In this document: positions 28,296-39,371 of the stretch, piece after piece | Position numbering within the stretch: position 1 is the stretch's first letter | How the letters are laid out: every line of letters begins with the position of its first letter | Source of the DNA: an uncultured Lachnospiraceae bacterium | GTDB taxonomy: Bacteria > Bacillota > Clostridia > Lachnospirales > Lachnospiraceae | Direction of reading: 5' to 3' | Assembly (NCBI GenBank): GCA_947589305.1 | Contig: CANQAP010000006.1 | Location: 12,291-76,290, forward strand | DNA length: 64,000 nucleotides | Position numbers and translations under genes: made by a program | The notes under the pieces: model-generated | The model's database searches: none | Told to the model about the DNA's origin: nothing | What the model saw: only the letters and a program-made list of their open reading frames with translations

Positions 28296-28610
28296 TCATT
28301 CCGCTTCTTCCGGTTTAATGGTCGTATCACCCGGTCGAATCAAATTCAATAATTTTCTGGCTGTCTCCTCTATAAACTCATCCGTCTGCTGATATAGTTC
28401 CTGCTGCTGTAAATGTGTAGTACGTTCTTCTTCCGCTTTCTTTTCTTCTTCCAAGACGGCGATCGTCTCCGCATTTGTCCGATACTGATCTCTGAGAGAA
28501 ATATAACGCACGAAAAGAGTTGCACACAAAACCAAAAGTACAACACAGATGACCACAACGCCTTTGATATTTTCTTTCCGGGTCGTATTTCTCCTACTCA
28601 TGTTTCCCAT
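28296..28610 (-). CDS. Septum formation initiator (FtsB/DivIC family)
   Basis: About 100 aa with a basic N-terminus, one TM helix, then a coiled coil (AVLEEEKKAEEERTTHLQQQ). Sits downstream of yabQ. Alternative ATG at 28601. Confidence 0.7.
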   Translation of the reverse strand: MGNMSRRNTTRKENIKGVVVICVVLLVLCATLFVRYISLRDQYRTNAETIAVLEEEKKAEEERTTHLQQQELYQQTDEFIEETARKLLNLIRPGDTTIKPEEAE

Positions 28611-28983
28611 CCTTTGCGTGATTCTTATTGTTTATTGTACTGTGTTTCCCTGCTTTTTTCAATGCCATTTTTATTTTCCGATAGAAAAACAATACGATGC
28701 CACGGCTGTATGGACTGATCCCCCAATTAAACAATGCGGCTCCGCATCCCATGCCCAGCAAAACAAACGCCCGAACCTCTCCCTGACTGTAACTATAGAA
28801 TACCGAAAAGATCAGACATCCACTGCCCAAGCAAAATACGATATCTTCTACCGCCGTCATGAAACCGGTGTGTTTCTTCATTTCACGTATCAAACGAAAA
28901 AAGTCATAATAAAACACCAATAGCATTCCCCAAAAGGCACTGATGAGGAAGGTCTGCAATTCCTGTATGATTTCACCAGACAT
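28594..28983 (-). CDS. yabQ: Spore cortex biosynthesis protein YabQ
   Basis: 129 aa and multi-TM (LISAFWGMLLVFYYDFFRLIR), in conserved yabP-yabQ-divIC order. Confidence 0.7.
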   Translation of the reverse strand: MSGEIIQELQTFLISAFWGMLLVFYYDFFRLIREMKKHTGFMTAVEDIVFCLGSGCLIFSVFYSYSQGEVRAFVLLGMGCGAALFNWGISPYSRGIVLFFYRKIKMALKKAGKHSTINNKNHAKDGKHE

Positions 28984-28986
28984 GGG

Positions 28987-29274
28987 CTATCGAAACAGTC
29001 TTCCAAATACACCGCCGGAAGCAGACGGTTCCTTGAAGCCGGTATATACAAAGCTGTCAACAGACCCGTCAATCTCTACTTCCCCCTTTTCCAAAGTGAG
29101 TTTCGTCACATGAAGGTCTGTGCCTTTGATCGATAGCATTCCCATATCCGTCTCCAAAATGATCTCCGTTTCGTTAAAAGCCTTCACGTCTCTTACTCCG
29201 CTAACGGCTCCGATTCCCCGATTCAGTAACGTCACTTTATGCGGTCTTGTTCCTACACGTTCATCCATATACAT
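28987..29274 (-). CDS. yabP: Sporulation protein YabP
   Basis: HKVTLLNRG...VSGVRDVKAFNETEIILETDMGMLSIKGTDLHVTKL. The tracked start is TTG; the ATG at 29274 or 29268 is more likely. Confidence 0.8.
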   Translation of the reverse strand: MYMDERVGTRPHKVTLLNRGIGAVSGVRDVKAFNETEIILETDMGMLSIKGTDLHVTKLTLEKGEVEIDGSVDSFVYTGFKEPSASGGVFGRLFR

Positions 29275-29334
29275 GCCCCCTTCCTTTTGCAATATATGAG
29301 AAAAAGAGCCTGTTTATGCTATCGTTTTCCTGTA

Positions 29335-29574
29335 TTATAAATACCGGAACATATCCCTTGCATCTTCTTTTTTGGTGGTCTCCGCAATCTGCGTCACTTC
29401 CACTTTTACGGATTTATTTCCAAACTGTATTTCAATTTCATCTCCCATCTTTACTTCGTAAGATGCCTTGACCGGTTTTCCGTTGACCGAGACTCTTCCG
29501 GCATCACACGCTTCATTTGCAACGGTTCTTCTTTTTATCAATCGTGATACCTTTAAATACTTATCTAATCTCAT
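29335..29574 (-). CDS. S4-domain RNA-binding protein (YabO/Hsp15-like)
   Basis: MRLDKYLKVSRLIKRRTVANEACDAGRVSVNGK. Confidence 0.8.
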   Translation of the reverse strand: MRLDKYLKVSRLIKRRTVANEACDAGRVSVNGKPVKASYEVKMGDEIEIQFGNKSVKVEVTQIAETTKKEDARDMFRYL

Positions 29575-29685
29575 AATCGATCCCTTCCCAATTGGTTCTG
29601 CCTTTAAACGATCAAAGGGATACTCCGACTGCGAAGCATCCCTTAGACATTCATTCCCTCTATCATTTACCTCACGGTAATTCCA

Positions 29686-29961
29686 TTAAGCATTTACTAA
29701 ATCCTTTAAAGCTTTTCCTGCCTTAAACTTCGGTGCCTTAGAAGCAGGAATCGGCATTGGCTCACCGGTCTTAGGATTTCTGCCTTCACGTGCCGGTCTT
29801 ACAGCTACTTCAAACGTACCGAAACCAACTAACTGAATCTTCTCACCCTTCTTTAATTCTTCAGAAACAACTTCAGTGAAAGCCTTTACTGCCTTCTCAG
29901 CATCCTTCTTAGATAATTCTGTCTTTTCAGCAACTGCTGCAATCAATTCTGTCTTGTTCAT
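29686..29961 (-). CDS. hup: HU-family DNA-binding protein
   Basis: MNKTELI...[20 protein letters not shown]. Confidence 0.95.
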   Translation of the reverse strand: MNKTELIAAVAEKTELSKKDAEKAVKAFTEVVSEELKKGEKIQLVGFGTFEVAVRPAREGRNPKTGEPMPIPASKAPKFKAGKALKDLVNA

Positions 29962-30060
29962 CGAAAAAAATCCTCCTCTACAATGAATGAATACTTTTGC
30001 ACGCTTATATCAAGCGTAACACACTGTTGACCCGCTTCTTAGGGGCAACACCTACATATA

Positions 30061-30089
30061 GTTATATAATTTCCCTTTGCATTTGTCAA
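30061..30089 (-). promoter_or_regulatory. Candidate hup promoter
   Basis: Minus strand TTGACA-17 nt-TATAAC. Confidence 0.5.
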
Positions 30090-30125
30090 GGAAAATACAT
30101 ATTTTTTTCGCCTTTTTCCGTTTCT

Positions 30126-30674
30126 TTAGCCTTCCATCTGCTTTCCCAAGAAATTTGCGGCGATTCCGGCAGCCTTCCGTTCCGTTTCACCCAGCGGTTC
30201 CGACTCCGTTCGACTCAGAATGATCACGGCGCCGATCGCATCCCCTTCACATAAGATCGTCTGAACAATCTCTCCGTAATATTCCTCGTCGCTGTTTGAA
30301 AGGATTTTAATATATTTCTTTTCTCCTTTCTTTGCCAAGATCGATTCCCGATCGTTGATTGCCTCTTCTAACTCTTTATGAAGCACTTTTCCGATAAAAT
30401 CTTTCTTCGGCGCGCCTGCCACCGCAATGATCTGATCACGGTCCGAAACACAGACCGCATGTCCGATGATCTGAGCGGTTGCATCCACATACTGCTGTGC
30501 AAATGCACCCAATTCTCCAATCGGAGAATACTTTTTTAAAATTATTTCTCCGTCTTTATCCGTGAAAATTTCCAACGGGTCGCCTTCCCGAATGCGCAAG
30601 GTTCTCCGAATCTCTTTCGGGACGACAACTCTTCCTAAATCGTCTATTCGTCTGACAATTCCTGTTGCTTTCAT
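30126..30674 (-). CDS. spoVT: Stage V sporulation protein T (AbrB-type N-domain plus GAF-like C-domain)
   Basis: MKATGIVRRIDDLGRVVVPKEIRRTLRIREGDPLEIF. ATG at 30674 with GGAGGA 7 nt upstream. Confidence 0.85.
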   Translation of the reverse strand: MKATGIVRRIDDLGRVVVPKEIRRTLRIREGDPLEIFTDKDGEIILKKYSPIGELGAFAQQYVDATAQIIGHAVCVSDRDQIIAVAGAPKKDFIGKVLHKELEEAINDRESILAKKGEKKYIKILSNSDEEYYGEIVQTILCEGDAIGAVIILSRTESEPLGETERKAAGIAANFLGKQMEG

Positions 30675-30801
30675 ACAAATTCCTCCATTTAATGTGATAT
30701 CCATATTTCCCATTGAAATATGCTCCTTTAGATATTATTTGTTAAATGAAGGAATGTATTCGTATATTTCATATTTTTTTTGAATACCTTCAGAATAAAC
30801 C

Positions 30802-31821
30802 TTATGCGCCAACATATCCGTTCGGATTCATTGACTGCCATCTCCAAGAGTCTATGCACATCTCCTCCAGCGTTTTCTCGGCTTTCCAGCCAAGCTCTTC
30901 TTTGGCTCTGGAAGCATCGCAATAGCAAATGGCGATATCGCCGCTCCTTCTTGGTTTGATCTCATATGGCAGGGTCTTGCCACAGGCTTTTTCATACGCA
31001 TGCAGAACCTCCAAGACGCTATAACCGTTTCCCGTACCCAAATTATAGATATTCACACCGGAATTCGGTTCCAGCTTTTTCAACGCCTGAACATGCCCCT
31101 TTGCCAAATCCACGACATGAATATAGTCACGCACGCCCGTGCCATCCTTTGTCGGATAATCGTTTCCAAACACGCCTAACGCCGGCAAGGCGCCAATCGC
31201 TACTTTTGCGATATACGGCACTAAATTATTCGGTATCCCCCGTGGATCTTCTCCCAACTGCCCGCTCTCGTTTGCCCCGATCGGATTAAAATAGCGCAGT
31301 AACACGATATTCCATTCCGGATCTGCCACATATAGATCTGTCAAAATCTGTTCCAGCATTGCTTTTGTCTGCCCGTACGGATTGGATATCTTTCCTTTCG
31401 GGCATTCTTCCGTGATCGGAACAAAAGCCGGTTCCCCATATACGGTCGCGGAAGAACTAAATATGAGATTCTTGACGCCGTAAGTTCTCATAACGTCGCA
31501 AAGAACTAACGTGCCTGTGATATTATTATGATAATATTCTAACGGTTTTTGGACTGATTCGCCTACCGCTTTCCATCCGGCAAAATGAATGACGGCATCT
31601 ATCGATTCCGTCTGAAAGATCCGTTCCAGCATTGAATGATCCCGTATATCCGCCTCATAAAACGGAACGGACTGCTTGGTCAGCGCCTTTACCCGCCGAA
31701 CCGCTTCTATATTAGAATTCGATAAATTGTCTATGATAATCGGCTGATGTCCTGCATGGATCAATTCGACACAGGTATGGCTGCCTATATATCCTGCTCC
31801 ACCGGTTACTAAAATCCGCAT
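30802..31821 (-). CDS. galE: UDP-glucose 4-epimerase
   Basis: MRILVTGGAGYIGSH and the catalytic YGQTK. ATG at 31821 with a GGAGGA RBS. Confidence 0.9.
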   Translation of the reverse strand: MRILVTGGAGYIGSHTCVELIHAGHQPIIIDNLSNSNIEAVRRVKALTKQSVPFYEADIRDHSMLERIFQTESIDAVIHFAGWKAVGESVQKPLEYYHNNITGTLVLCDVMRTYGVKNLIFSSSATVYGEPAFVPITEECPKGKISNPYGQTKAMLEQILTDLYVADPEWNIVLLRYFNPIGANESGQLGEDPRGIPNNLVPYIAKVAIGALPALGVFGNDYPTKDGTGVRDYIHVVDLAKGHVQALKKLEPNSGVNIYNLGTGNGYSVLEVLHAYEKACGKTLPYEIKPRRSGDIAICYCDASRAKEELGWKAEKTLEEMCIDSWRWQSMNPNGYVGA

Positions 31822-31869
31822 CTGTCTTCCTCCTTTTCGGAACATGTGCTGATCACACACTCGCATGGC

Positions 31870-32505
31870 TTATGGTCCCATGAAAGTCCCGTCTTCTGCT
31901 TTTCGAAATACGCGTTTGACGGCAAGCCGTACAGACGGTTCTTTTCCTTCTTTTAATCGTATAATATTTGCGCTATGCTTGATAATAACACAGATGCAGA
32001 CTAATTCCAAGATCACTAAACTAATGTAACTTTCCGTTTTTCCAAAATACAGGAACGGATATAAGAGCGCCGTTGAAAAAGAAGTCGCACATCCCCAATC
32101 CGAAATCCACATCACTACGATTGCGATCACCGCTAAAAATAAAAAGATACGCCAATCCGTACTCAAGATCAAGCCACCCAGCGTGGCTAACCCTTTTCCT
32201 CCGCGAAATTTCAGATAAAACGGAAACATATGCCCGAGAATCGCAGCCGCACCTGCCGTGACAGCAGCGATCGCAAAATTAGGGAACAACAGCTGCGCGA
32301 TCTTCACTGCTAAAAATCCTTTCATGAAATCAATGACCATAACCACGATGCCGCTGGCTTTACCCAAGACCATAAACGCATTCGTCGTTCCTAAATTTTC
32401 CTGCCCGACGCTCCGCAGATCAACTCCTTTTAATCTGGCAAGCCAGTAAGAAGGACTGATACAGCCTAACAAATATCCAACAAGCATACATAAAGCAAAT
32501 TCCAT
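31870..32505 (-). CDS. plsY: Glycerol-3-phosphate acyltransferase PlsY
   Basis: 211 aa polytopic protein with N-terminus LLGCISPSYWLARLKGVDLRSVGQENLGTTNAF. Confidence 0.85.
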   Translation of the reverse strand: MEFALCMLVGYLLGCISPSYWLARLKGVDLRSVGQENLGTTNAFMVLGKASGIVVMVIDFMKGFLAVKIAQLLFPNFAIAAVTAGAAAILGHMFPFYLKFRGGKGLATLGGLILSTDWRIFLFLAVIAIVVMWISDWGCATSFSTALLYPFLYFGKTESYISLVILELVCICVIIKHSANIIRLKEGKEPSVRLAVKRVFRKAEDGTFMGP

Positions 32506-32675
32506 AGAATTTCCCCTTTCATGAATGGATTCCGATCTTTTTATTATATCTGAGGTTCCTAGACATTATTATACTATATATTGGAAAATTCCGAAACCAA
32601 ATCTTAGTTTTTTTTGAAAGTTTTCTTACTTTTTTATGACAATTTGTCCCCATGCGGTGATTGCAGTTTTAAATA

Positions 32676-33764
32676 CTATAGTTTTAAATCTCCTTCCCGA
32701 ATCCATCCGATCTTGCGGCATATCCAGCCAAATCCCCATGTCAAACATGCAGGCAGAACAAAACTGATCAGAATCAGTCCCAGCCAATCTATCCATGTCA
32801 CCGCCTGCTTTGCTCCTGCCGCTATATCATTTATCCATCCGGTGTATACGCCGATCTGACCGACAAATCCACATGTACCCATTCCGGATGAGATTGCTTC
32901 CCCATTCATTTCCAAATGAAAGACACAAGTTGCAATCGGTCCTGTGATCGCCGAGGTCAAAATCGGCGGAATCCATATTTTGGGATTTTTTATGATATTT
33001 CCCATTTGCAGCATACTGGTTCCGATCCCCTGCGAGACCAAACCGCCGATTTTATTTTCCCGATAGCTCATCACGGCAAATCCTACCATCTGGGCGCAGC
33101 ATCCTGCTACAGCCGCGCCGCCTGCCAGTCCGGTCAGGCTTAATGCCGCGCAAATTGCCGCACTGCTGATCGGCAAGGTCAAAGCGATTCCGACAATCAC
33201 AGATACCAGTATGCCCATCATAAACGGACGCATTTCCGTCGCCCACATAATCAACTGACCGACCCCGCTTGCCGCTTTTCCTATATATGGCGCCAGCCCG
33301 ATCGACAACAGAACGCCGATACATATCGTGACCAAAGGCGTGACCAGAATGTCAATCTTTGTTTCCTTGGAAACCACTTTCCCTATTTCCGTTGCGATAA
33401 TGGCAATCACAAAGACTGCCAACGGTCCGCCGGCTTCCCCCATCGTATTTGCCGCGGCTCCGACTGCCAGCATGGAAAAGAGAACTAGCGGCGGCGCCTG
33501 AAGAGCATATGCTATTGCCACCGCCATTGCCGGACCGGACACGCCTTTCGCAAAAGTTCCGATATCCACCAGCATTTGTATATTTAACTGCTGTCCCAAA
33601 GTTGCGACAATGGTTCCGATCAAAAGCGAAGCAAATAATCCATTTGCCATCGCCCCCATCGCGTCCACCAAGTATCGTCTGACGGAAATCTCGATGTTTT
33701 TCTTTTTCAAGAATGCTTTCCATTTACTGTCTGTTTTTTTGGTTTCTGTTGTTTTGTCTGCCAT
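32676..33764 (-). CDS. Polytopic permease resembling the PTS EIIC_2-type family
   Basis: About 10 TM helices and Gly/Ala-rich. ATG at 33764 with AGAGGTGA. No EIIA/EIIB partner nearby. Family call from memory. Confidence 0.5.
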   Translation of the reverse strand: MADKTTETKKTDSKWKAFLKKKNIEISVRRYLVDAMGAMANGLFASLLIGTIVATLGQQLNIQMLVDIGTFAKGVSGPAMAVAIAYALQAPPLVLFSMLAVGAAANTMGEAGGPLAVFVIAIIATEIGKVVSKETKIDILVTPLVTICIGVLLSIGLAPYIGKAASGVGQLIMWATEMRPFMMGILVSVIVGIALTLPISSAAICAALSLTGLAGGAAVAGCCAQMVGFAVMSYRENKIGGLVSQGIGTSMLQMGNIIKNPKIWIPPILTSAITGPIATCVFHLEMNGEAISSGMGTCGFVGQIGVYTGWINDIAAGAKQAVTWIDWLGLILISFVLPACLTWGFGWICRKIGWIREGDLKL

Positions 33765-33798
33765 GTTTATCACCTCTTGTGGTCTGTCTCTCAGTGTT

Positions 33799-34686
33799 TT
33801 ATTTTGTATTTTTCCCCAATACGTCCGCTACCTCCGTAATGGAAATAAACGCATTTTTATCATATTTCTGGACGATCGCCTTCATCTTTCCAATCTGAAA
33901 ACGGTTGACAACAAAATAGATAACCGTTTTCCCCTGATCCGAATAATACCCATGTCCGTCCCATAAAGTGATTCCACTGCCGAATTCCTCCGACAAGGAC
34001 CGGCTGACCTGCTGCGGTTTTGTCGTAATGATCATGGCTGCTTTCGCTTTATCAAAACCTTCCACAATATAGTCCACCGCATGTAATGCAACATAATATG
34101 TAACGATCGAATAAAGCGGAAGAATCCAACTGTCCATTACAATGCCTGCCACGATATACAACAATACATTGTATGCCATCACAAAAGTTCCGACTGTGAC
34201 ACCCAGCCTTTTTGAAAAAGTCACCGCCATGACTTCTACGCCGTCAATCGCTCCGCCAAAGCGAATCGTCAACCCGCTTCCGATACCGGAAATCAAACCT
34301 CCAAATGCCGCTCCAAGCAGCAGATCCTGTCCTGCAAACGGAGAGTTTGTCGCCACATCCACCGGCAAGATATCCCGTATCAAAAATGATGCCGCAGAAT
34401 AAATGACTACGGCGTATACCGAGTAGACCGTAAATCCCGTTCCCTGTTTTTTATACCCGTATAAAAAAAACGGTATATTCAAGATCAATAAAAAAACAGA
34501 CAGTGTCCATGCAGGCGGAGTCAACTGTTCCAACAGCATTGCCGTACCGGAAAACCCACTGTCATAAAGATGCAGGGGTAACAAAAACATCGTCACTCCA
34601 ATGGCATTGATCGTACCGGACAAAGTAAGAGCCAGAAAATTCTTTACGGATAAGGTCTTTAATTCTTCCCTTATCGTTTTTTTCAT
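33799..34686 (-). CDS. YitT-family membrane protein with C-terminal DUF2179-like domain
   Basis: ATG at 34686 with an AGGAGGA RBS. Five TM helices, then a soluble tail GYYSDQGKTVIYFVVNRFQIGKMKAIV. The upstream 86 codons of the tracked ORF overlap xth. Confidence 0.8.
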   Translation of the reverse strand: MKKTIREELKTLSVKNFLALTLSGTINAIGVTMFLLPLHLYDSGFSGTAMLLEQLTPPAWTLSVFLLILNIPFFLYGYKKQGTGFTVYSVYAVVIYSAASFLIRDILPVDVATNSPFAGQDLLLGAAFGGLISGIGSGLTIRFGGAIDGVEVMAVTFSKRLGVTVGTFVMAYNVLLYIVAGIVMDSWILPLYSIVTYYVALHAVDYIVEGFDKAKAAMIITTKPQQVSRSLSEEFGSGITLWDGHGYYSDQGKTVIYFVVNRFQIGKMKAIVQKYDKNAFISITEVADVLGKNTK

Positions 34687-34703
34687 AAATATATTCCTCC
34701 TAT

Positions 34704-35459
34704 CTACAGGTTGATATCCAACTCCACCGGACAATGATCCGAACCAAAAATATCCGTATGGATCTTTGCATCCGTTAATTTCCCCTTCAGAGACTCTGAT
34801 ACACAAAAATAATCGATTCTCCATCCGGCATTTTTTTCTCTTGCCCGAAACCGGTAGGACCACCACGAATAGATATCTGTCTGATCCGGATAAAAATATC
34901 GAAACGTATCCACAAACCCACTGTTGATTATATTTGTAAAACAAGCCCGTTCTTCATCCGTAAATCCGGCGTTCTTATGATTGGTTTTCGGATTCTTCAG
35001 ATCAATCTCCTGATGCGCCACATTCAGGTCACCGCAAAAAATAACCGGTTTCTTTTCATTTAATCCTTTGATATAGGACAGAAAATCTGCCTCCCATTTC
35101 ATACGATACGGCAATCTTGTCAATTCATTCTGTGAATTGGGTACATACACGGTTATCATAAAAAATTCCGGATATTCCAGTGTGATCACACGCCCTTCTT
35201 TATCATGCTCCTCTATACCGATACCGTATGTTACGTGTAACGGCTCCAGCTTCGTAAAAATAGCGGTCCCGGAATACCCTTTTTTCTCTGCATAATTCCA
35301 ATACTGATAGTATCCGTCCAAGGACAGATCAATCTGTCCCTCCTGAAGCTTCGTCTCCTGAAGGCAGAACATATCCGCATTCAGTTTAGAGAAACTTTCC
35401 ATAAAATTTTTCTGTACACAGGCACGTAAGCCATTGACATTCCAAGAAATCAGTTTCAT
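34704..35459 (-). CDS. xth: Exodeoxyribonuclease III
   Basis: [13 protein letters not shown] ... CLQETK ... GSDHCPV. Confidence 0.9.
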   Translation of the reverse strand: MKLISWNVNGLRACVQKNFMESFSKLNADMFCLQETKLQEGQIDLSLDGYYQYWNYAEKKGYSGTAIFTKLEPLHVTYGIGIEEHDKEGRVITLEYPEFFMITVYVPNSQNELTRLPYRMKWEADFLSYIKGLNEKKPVIFCGDLNVAHQEIDLKNPKTNHKNAGFTDEERACFTNIINSGFVDTFRYFYPDQTDIYSWWSYRFRAREKNAGWRIDYFCVSESLKGKLTDAKIHTDIFGSDHCPVELDINL

Positions 35460-35530
35460 ATTCTCACCCAATCTTTTTGCTCTACTTATTCGCCAGTTAC
35501 GTTTCGTTTGCACCTAATCCTGCTTTTAAA

Positions 35531-35573
35531 AAATGTCCCCACGCGTCGAACCATCTCGACTATGGGGACATTT
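35531..35573 (-). terminator. rpoC terminator
   Basis: Minus strand AAATGTCCCCA...TGGGGACATTT followed by TTTAAAA. Confidence 0.6.
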
Positions 35574-35603
35574 ATTTGTTTTTTGATTATCTGCTTATTC
35601 CGA

Positions 35604-38600
35604 TTACTCTTCCGGTACGTTTCCTTCCTCACCGGATGTGTCTAATACGGTAACCGTTTCTTCACTGTCCGATTCCTCGGTTTCCGCATCATCGGCAGCA
35701 AATCCTTCCGCGTTCTCATCCGTATCGTCTTCAAAATCCAGCACGTCATCTTCATGGATCGTGAATTCTTCCGAATCCAGCTTGACCGAACGATAACGTT
35801 TCATACCCGTACCTGCCGGAATCAGTTTACCCAGCAATACATTTTCCTTTAATCCGATCAACGCATCGGTCTTTCCTTTGATTGCCGCCTCGGTCAAAAC
35901 CTTTGTCGTCTCTTGGAACGACGCCGCCGACAAGAAGGAATCCGTTGCCAAAGATGCCTTGGTAATACCCAGTATAGACTGCGTACCCTGTGCCGGTTCC
36001 AATCCCTGTGCGATCAATTCTTCATTCTTCTCTTCAAAATCAAGAACATCAACCAAAGTACCCGGCAGATACTCAGAATCTCCGCCTTCTTCGATTTTAA
36101 TCTTTTTCAACATCTGACGCACAATGATCTCAATATGCTTATCGTTGATATCAACACCTTGCAGACGATAAACACGCTGTACTTCCCGCAGCATATAATC
36201 CTGTACGGCACGCACACCTTTAATTTTCAGGATGTCATGCGGATTTACAGAACCTTCTGTCAGTTCATCACCGGCTTCCAGTGTCTGCCCTTCCTGAACC
36301 TTAATACGGGAACCATACGGAATCAAATACGCCTTACTTTCGCCTGTCTCATGATTGGTGATCACGACTTCCCGCTTGGTCTTAATATTATTAATAGCTA
36401 CCTCGCCGCCGAACTCCGCAATGATCGCAAGTCCTTTCGGCTTACGCGCCTCAAACAGTTCTTCCACACGAGGAAGACCCTGTGTAATATCATCACCTGC
36501 CACACCACCGGTATGGAAAGTACGCATGGTAAGCTGTGTACCCGGCTCACCGATCGACTGCGCCGCAATAATACCGACTGCTTCACCAACCTGTACCGGT
36601 TGACCGGTTGCCATATTGGCGCCGTAACATTTAGCGCAAACGCCTAAATGTGATTTACAGGTTAAGATCGTACGGATCTTCAGTTTTCCGGTCACTCCGT
36701 TTTCCGGATCTACGATCGGATTACCGTTTTCATCTACTCCATGCTCTACAATAGCAGTCGCACGTTTCGGATTGATCATATGGTTATGCTTTACCAGCAT
36801 ATTACCGTCCTTATCGAAAATATCCACCGCCGTATATCTGCCTGTGATACGTTCCTTAAAGGTTTCGATGATTTCCTTACCATCCGAAAATTCTTCCACG
36901 ATCATTCCCGGAATCTGATCGACCGGTTTTCCGGCACTACAATCCACTTCACGGATAATCAGATCCTGTGATACATCTACCAAACGTCTTGTCAGATAAC
37001 CGGAGTCTGCTGTACGCAATGCTGTATCTGACAAACCTTTGCGGGCGCCGTGTGCGGAAATGAAATATTCCAATACATTCAGACCTTCCCGGAAGTTTGC
37101 CTTGATCGGCAATTCAATGGTACGACCTGTGGTATCTGCCATCAAACCACGCATACCTGCCAACTGTTTAATCTGCTGGTTGGAACCACGGGCGCCGGAA
37201 TCCGCCATCATATAAATGTTGTTATACTTATCCAAGCTATCTAACAATGCCTTTGTCAGCTCATCATCCGCCTGCGACCATGTCTTGACTACGCGGGCAT
37301 ACCGCTCTTCTTCCGTCATCAGACCACGACGATACATTTTATTGATCTTATCTACTGTCTTCTGCGCTTCGCCCAGAATCTGCTTCTTGGCTTCCGGTAC
37401 GGTCATATCGGAAATGGATACCGTCATAGCACTTCTCGTTGAGTATTTATAGCCCATGCTCTTGATATCATCCAGCACTTCCGCCGTTTTCGTTGCTCCG
37501 TGCGTATTGATACAACGATCCAAGATCTGCTTTAACTGCTTCTTTCCTACATGGAAATCCACTTCCGGCAATAATATGGAATCCGGATCGGTCCGATCAA
37601 TAAAGCCCAGATCCTGCGGTATGATCTCGTTAAAAATCAACCGTCCCAAAGTGGTCTCGATAATTTTGGAAATCGGATTGCCGTCAAAATCCACACCTTT
37701 CATACGGACTCTGATCTTCGCATGCAAAGTGATCTCTTTATTTTCATATGCCAAAATCGCCTCATTTTCAGACTTGAAGCATTTGTTTTCACCCCGATCG
37801 CCTTCCCGCATCATGGTTAAGTAATAGATACCCAAAACCATATCCTGCGAAGGTACTGCCACCGGCGCACCGTCCGACGGTTTCAGAAGGTTGTTCGGTG
37901 AAAGCAGCAGGAATCGGCATTCTGCCTGTGCTTCTACCGATAACGGAAGATGGACCGCCATCTGGTCACCGTCGAAGTCGGCATTATATGCCGTACATAC
38001 CAACGGATGCAGTTTGATCGCCTTTCCTTCTACTAAAATCGGTTCAAACGCCTGAATACCCAGTCTGTGCAGTGTAGGAGCGCGGTTTAACATCACCGGA
38101 TGTTCTTTGATCACTTCCTCCAATACATCCCAAACGACCGGATCCAGTTTTTCTACCATCTTCTTAGCATATTTAATATTATGCGCCTGTTTATTGGCTA
38201 CCAGTTCCTTCATAACGAATGGCTTAAACAACTCTATCGCCATCTCTTTCGGAAGACCGCACTGATAAATCTTTAATTCCGGTCCTACGACAATAACGGA
38301 ACGTCCGGAATAATCCACACGCTTACCCAATAAGTTCTGACGAAACCGTCCCTGTTTACCCTTGAGCATATCAGACAGAGATTTCAACGCACGGTTACCC
38401 GGACCGGTCACTGCCCGTCCGCGTCTTCCGTTATCAATCAGCGAATCCACCGCTTCCTGAAGCATTCTCTTTTCGTTACGCACGATAATATCCGGAGCGC
38501 CCAGTTCCAACAGACGTTTCAGACGATTGTTCCGGTTAATGATCCTTCTGTACAGATCATTCAGATCCGAAGTTGCAAAACGTCCTCCATCCAACTGAAC

Positions 38601-39350
38601 CATCGGACGGATATCCGGCGGAATGACCGGTACCACGTCCAAGATCATCCATTCCGGTTTATTGTTTGACGCGCGAAAAGCTTCTACTACTTCCAAACGC
38701 TTAATGATCTTTGCACGTTTTTGTCCGGTAGAATTCTTTAATTCCTTGCTTAATTCCTCATAGTCTTTTTCCAGATCTATCGCCTGCAGAAGTTCCTTGA
38801 TCGATTCTGCACCCATACCCGCACGGAAAGAACCGTAGCCGAATTTTTCCTCTGCATCACGATATTCTTTTTCCGATAATACATCCTTATACTTCAAATC
38901 GGTCGTACCCGGATCCAGTACAATATAGGAAGCGAAGTACAATACTTTTTCCAGTTCCCGCGGGGATTTATCCAATAACAAACCCATCCGGCTCGGAATG
39001 CCTTTAAAGTACCAAATATGAGAGACCGGAGCTGCAAGTTCGATGTGTCCCATACGTTCTCTCCGGACATTTGCTTTCGTCACCTCAACACCGCAGCGGT
39101 CACAGATGACACCCTTATAACGTACCTTTTTATACTTACCGCAATGGCATTCCCAGTCCTTGCTCGGTCCGAAAATACGCTCACAAAACAAACCGTCTTT
39201 TTCCGGTTTCAAAGTCCTATAATTGATCGTCTCCGGTTTCTTGACTTCACCATGCGACCACTCTCTAATCTTTTCCGGAGAAGCTAACCCAATCTTAATG
39301 GAATCAAAATTAATCGGCTGATCTACTTCTTGATTATTCATATTTGACAT
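35604..39350 (-). CDS. rpoC: DNA-directed RNA polymerase subunit beta'
   Basis: 1248 aa with [12 protein letters not shown]. Acidic ~60-aa C-terminal tail. Confidence 0.97.
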   Translation of the reverse strand: MSNMNNQEVDQPINFDSIKIGLASPEKIREWSHGEVKKPETINYRTLKPEKDGLFCERIFGPSKDWECHCGKYKKVRYKGVICDRCGVEVTKANVRRERMGHIELAAPVSHIWYFKGIPSRMGLLLDKSPRELEKVLYFASYIVLDPGTTDLKYKDVLSEKEYRDAEEKFGYGSFRAGMGAESIKELLQAIDLEKDYEELSKELKNSTGQKRAKIIKRLEVVEAFRASNNKPEWMILDVVPVIPPDIRPMVQLDGGRFATSDLNDLYRRIINRNNRLKRLLELGAPDIIVRNEKRMLQEAVDSLIDNGRRGRAVTGPGNRALKSLSDMLKGKQGRFRQNLLGKRVDYSGRSVIVVGPELKIYQCGLPKEMAIELFKPFVMKELVANKQAHNIKYAKKMVEKLDPVVWDVLEEVIKEHPVMLNRAPTLHRLGIQAFEPILVEGKAIKLHPLVCTAYNADFDGDQMAVHLPLSVEAQAECRFLLLSPNNLLKPSDGAPVAVPSQDMVLGIYYLTMMREGDRGENKCFKSENEAILAYENKEITLHAKIRVRMKGVDFDGNPISKIIETTLGRLIFNEIIPQDLGFIDRTDPDSILLPEVDFHVGKKQLKQILDRCINTHGATKTAEVLDDIKSMGYKYSTRSAMTVSISDMTVPEAKKQILGEAQKTVDKINKMYRRGLMTEEERYARVVKTWSQADDELTKALLDSLDKYNNIYMMADSGARGSNQQIKQLAGMRGLMADTTGRTIELPIKANFREGLNVLEYFISAHGARKGLSDTALRTADSGYLTRRLVDVSQDLIIREVDCSAGKPVDQIPGMIVEEFSDGKEIIETFKERITGRYTAVDIFDKDGNMLVKHNHMINPKRATAIVEHGVDENGNPIVDPENGVTGKLKIRTILTCKSHLGVCAKCYGANMATGQPVQVGEAVGIIAAQSIGEPGTQLTMRTFHTGGVAGDDITQGLPRVEELFEARKPKGLAIIAEFGGEVAINNIKTKREVVITNHETGESKAYLIPYGSRIKVQEGQTLEAGDELTEGSVNPHDILKIKGVRAVQDYMLREVQRVYRLQGVDINDKHIEIIVRQMLKKIKIEEGGDSEYLPGTLVDVLDFEEKNEELIAQGLEPAQGTQSILGITKASLATDSFLSAASFQETTKVLTEAAIKGKTDALIGLKENVLLGKLIPAGTGMKRYRSVKLDSEEFTIHEDDVLDFEDDTDENAEGFAADDAETEESDSEETVTVLDTSGEEGNVPEE

Positions 39351-39371
39351 CTCGTAGTACTCCTTCCGTTA

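Noticed and set aside
34687-34944. N-terminal extensions of tracked ORFs: YitT (34687-34944), rpoB (43200-43271), the ABC ATPase (28211-28330), galE (31822-31866), GntR (14331-14387), the MATE gene (14157-14279) and the surface protein (53068-53112).
   Set aside because: In each case an internal ATG preceded by a strong Shine-Dalgarno sequence matches the conserved protein N-terminus. The extension overlaps a neighbouring gene or a promoter.
35913-36647. Long antisense ORFs within rpoC (244 aa), the surface-protein gene (52117-52848, 243 aa), the kinase gene (47390-48037) and the methyltransferase gene (62513-63145).
   Set aside because: Each lies opposite a confidently identified gene and has a repetitive or biased composition, with no start signals. 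The one in the surface-protein gene merely mirrors the 60-bp tandem repeat.
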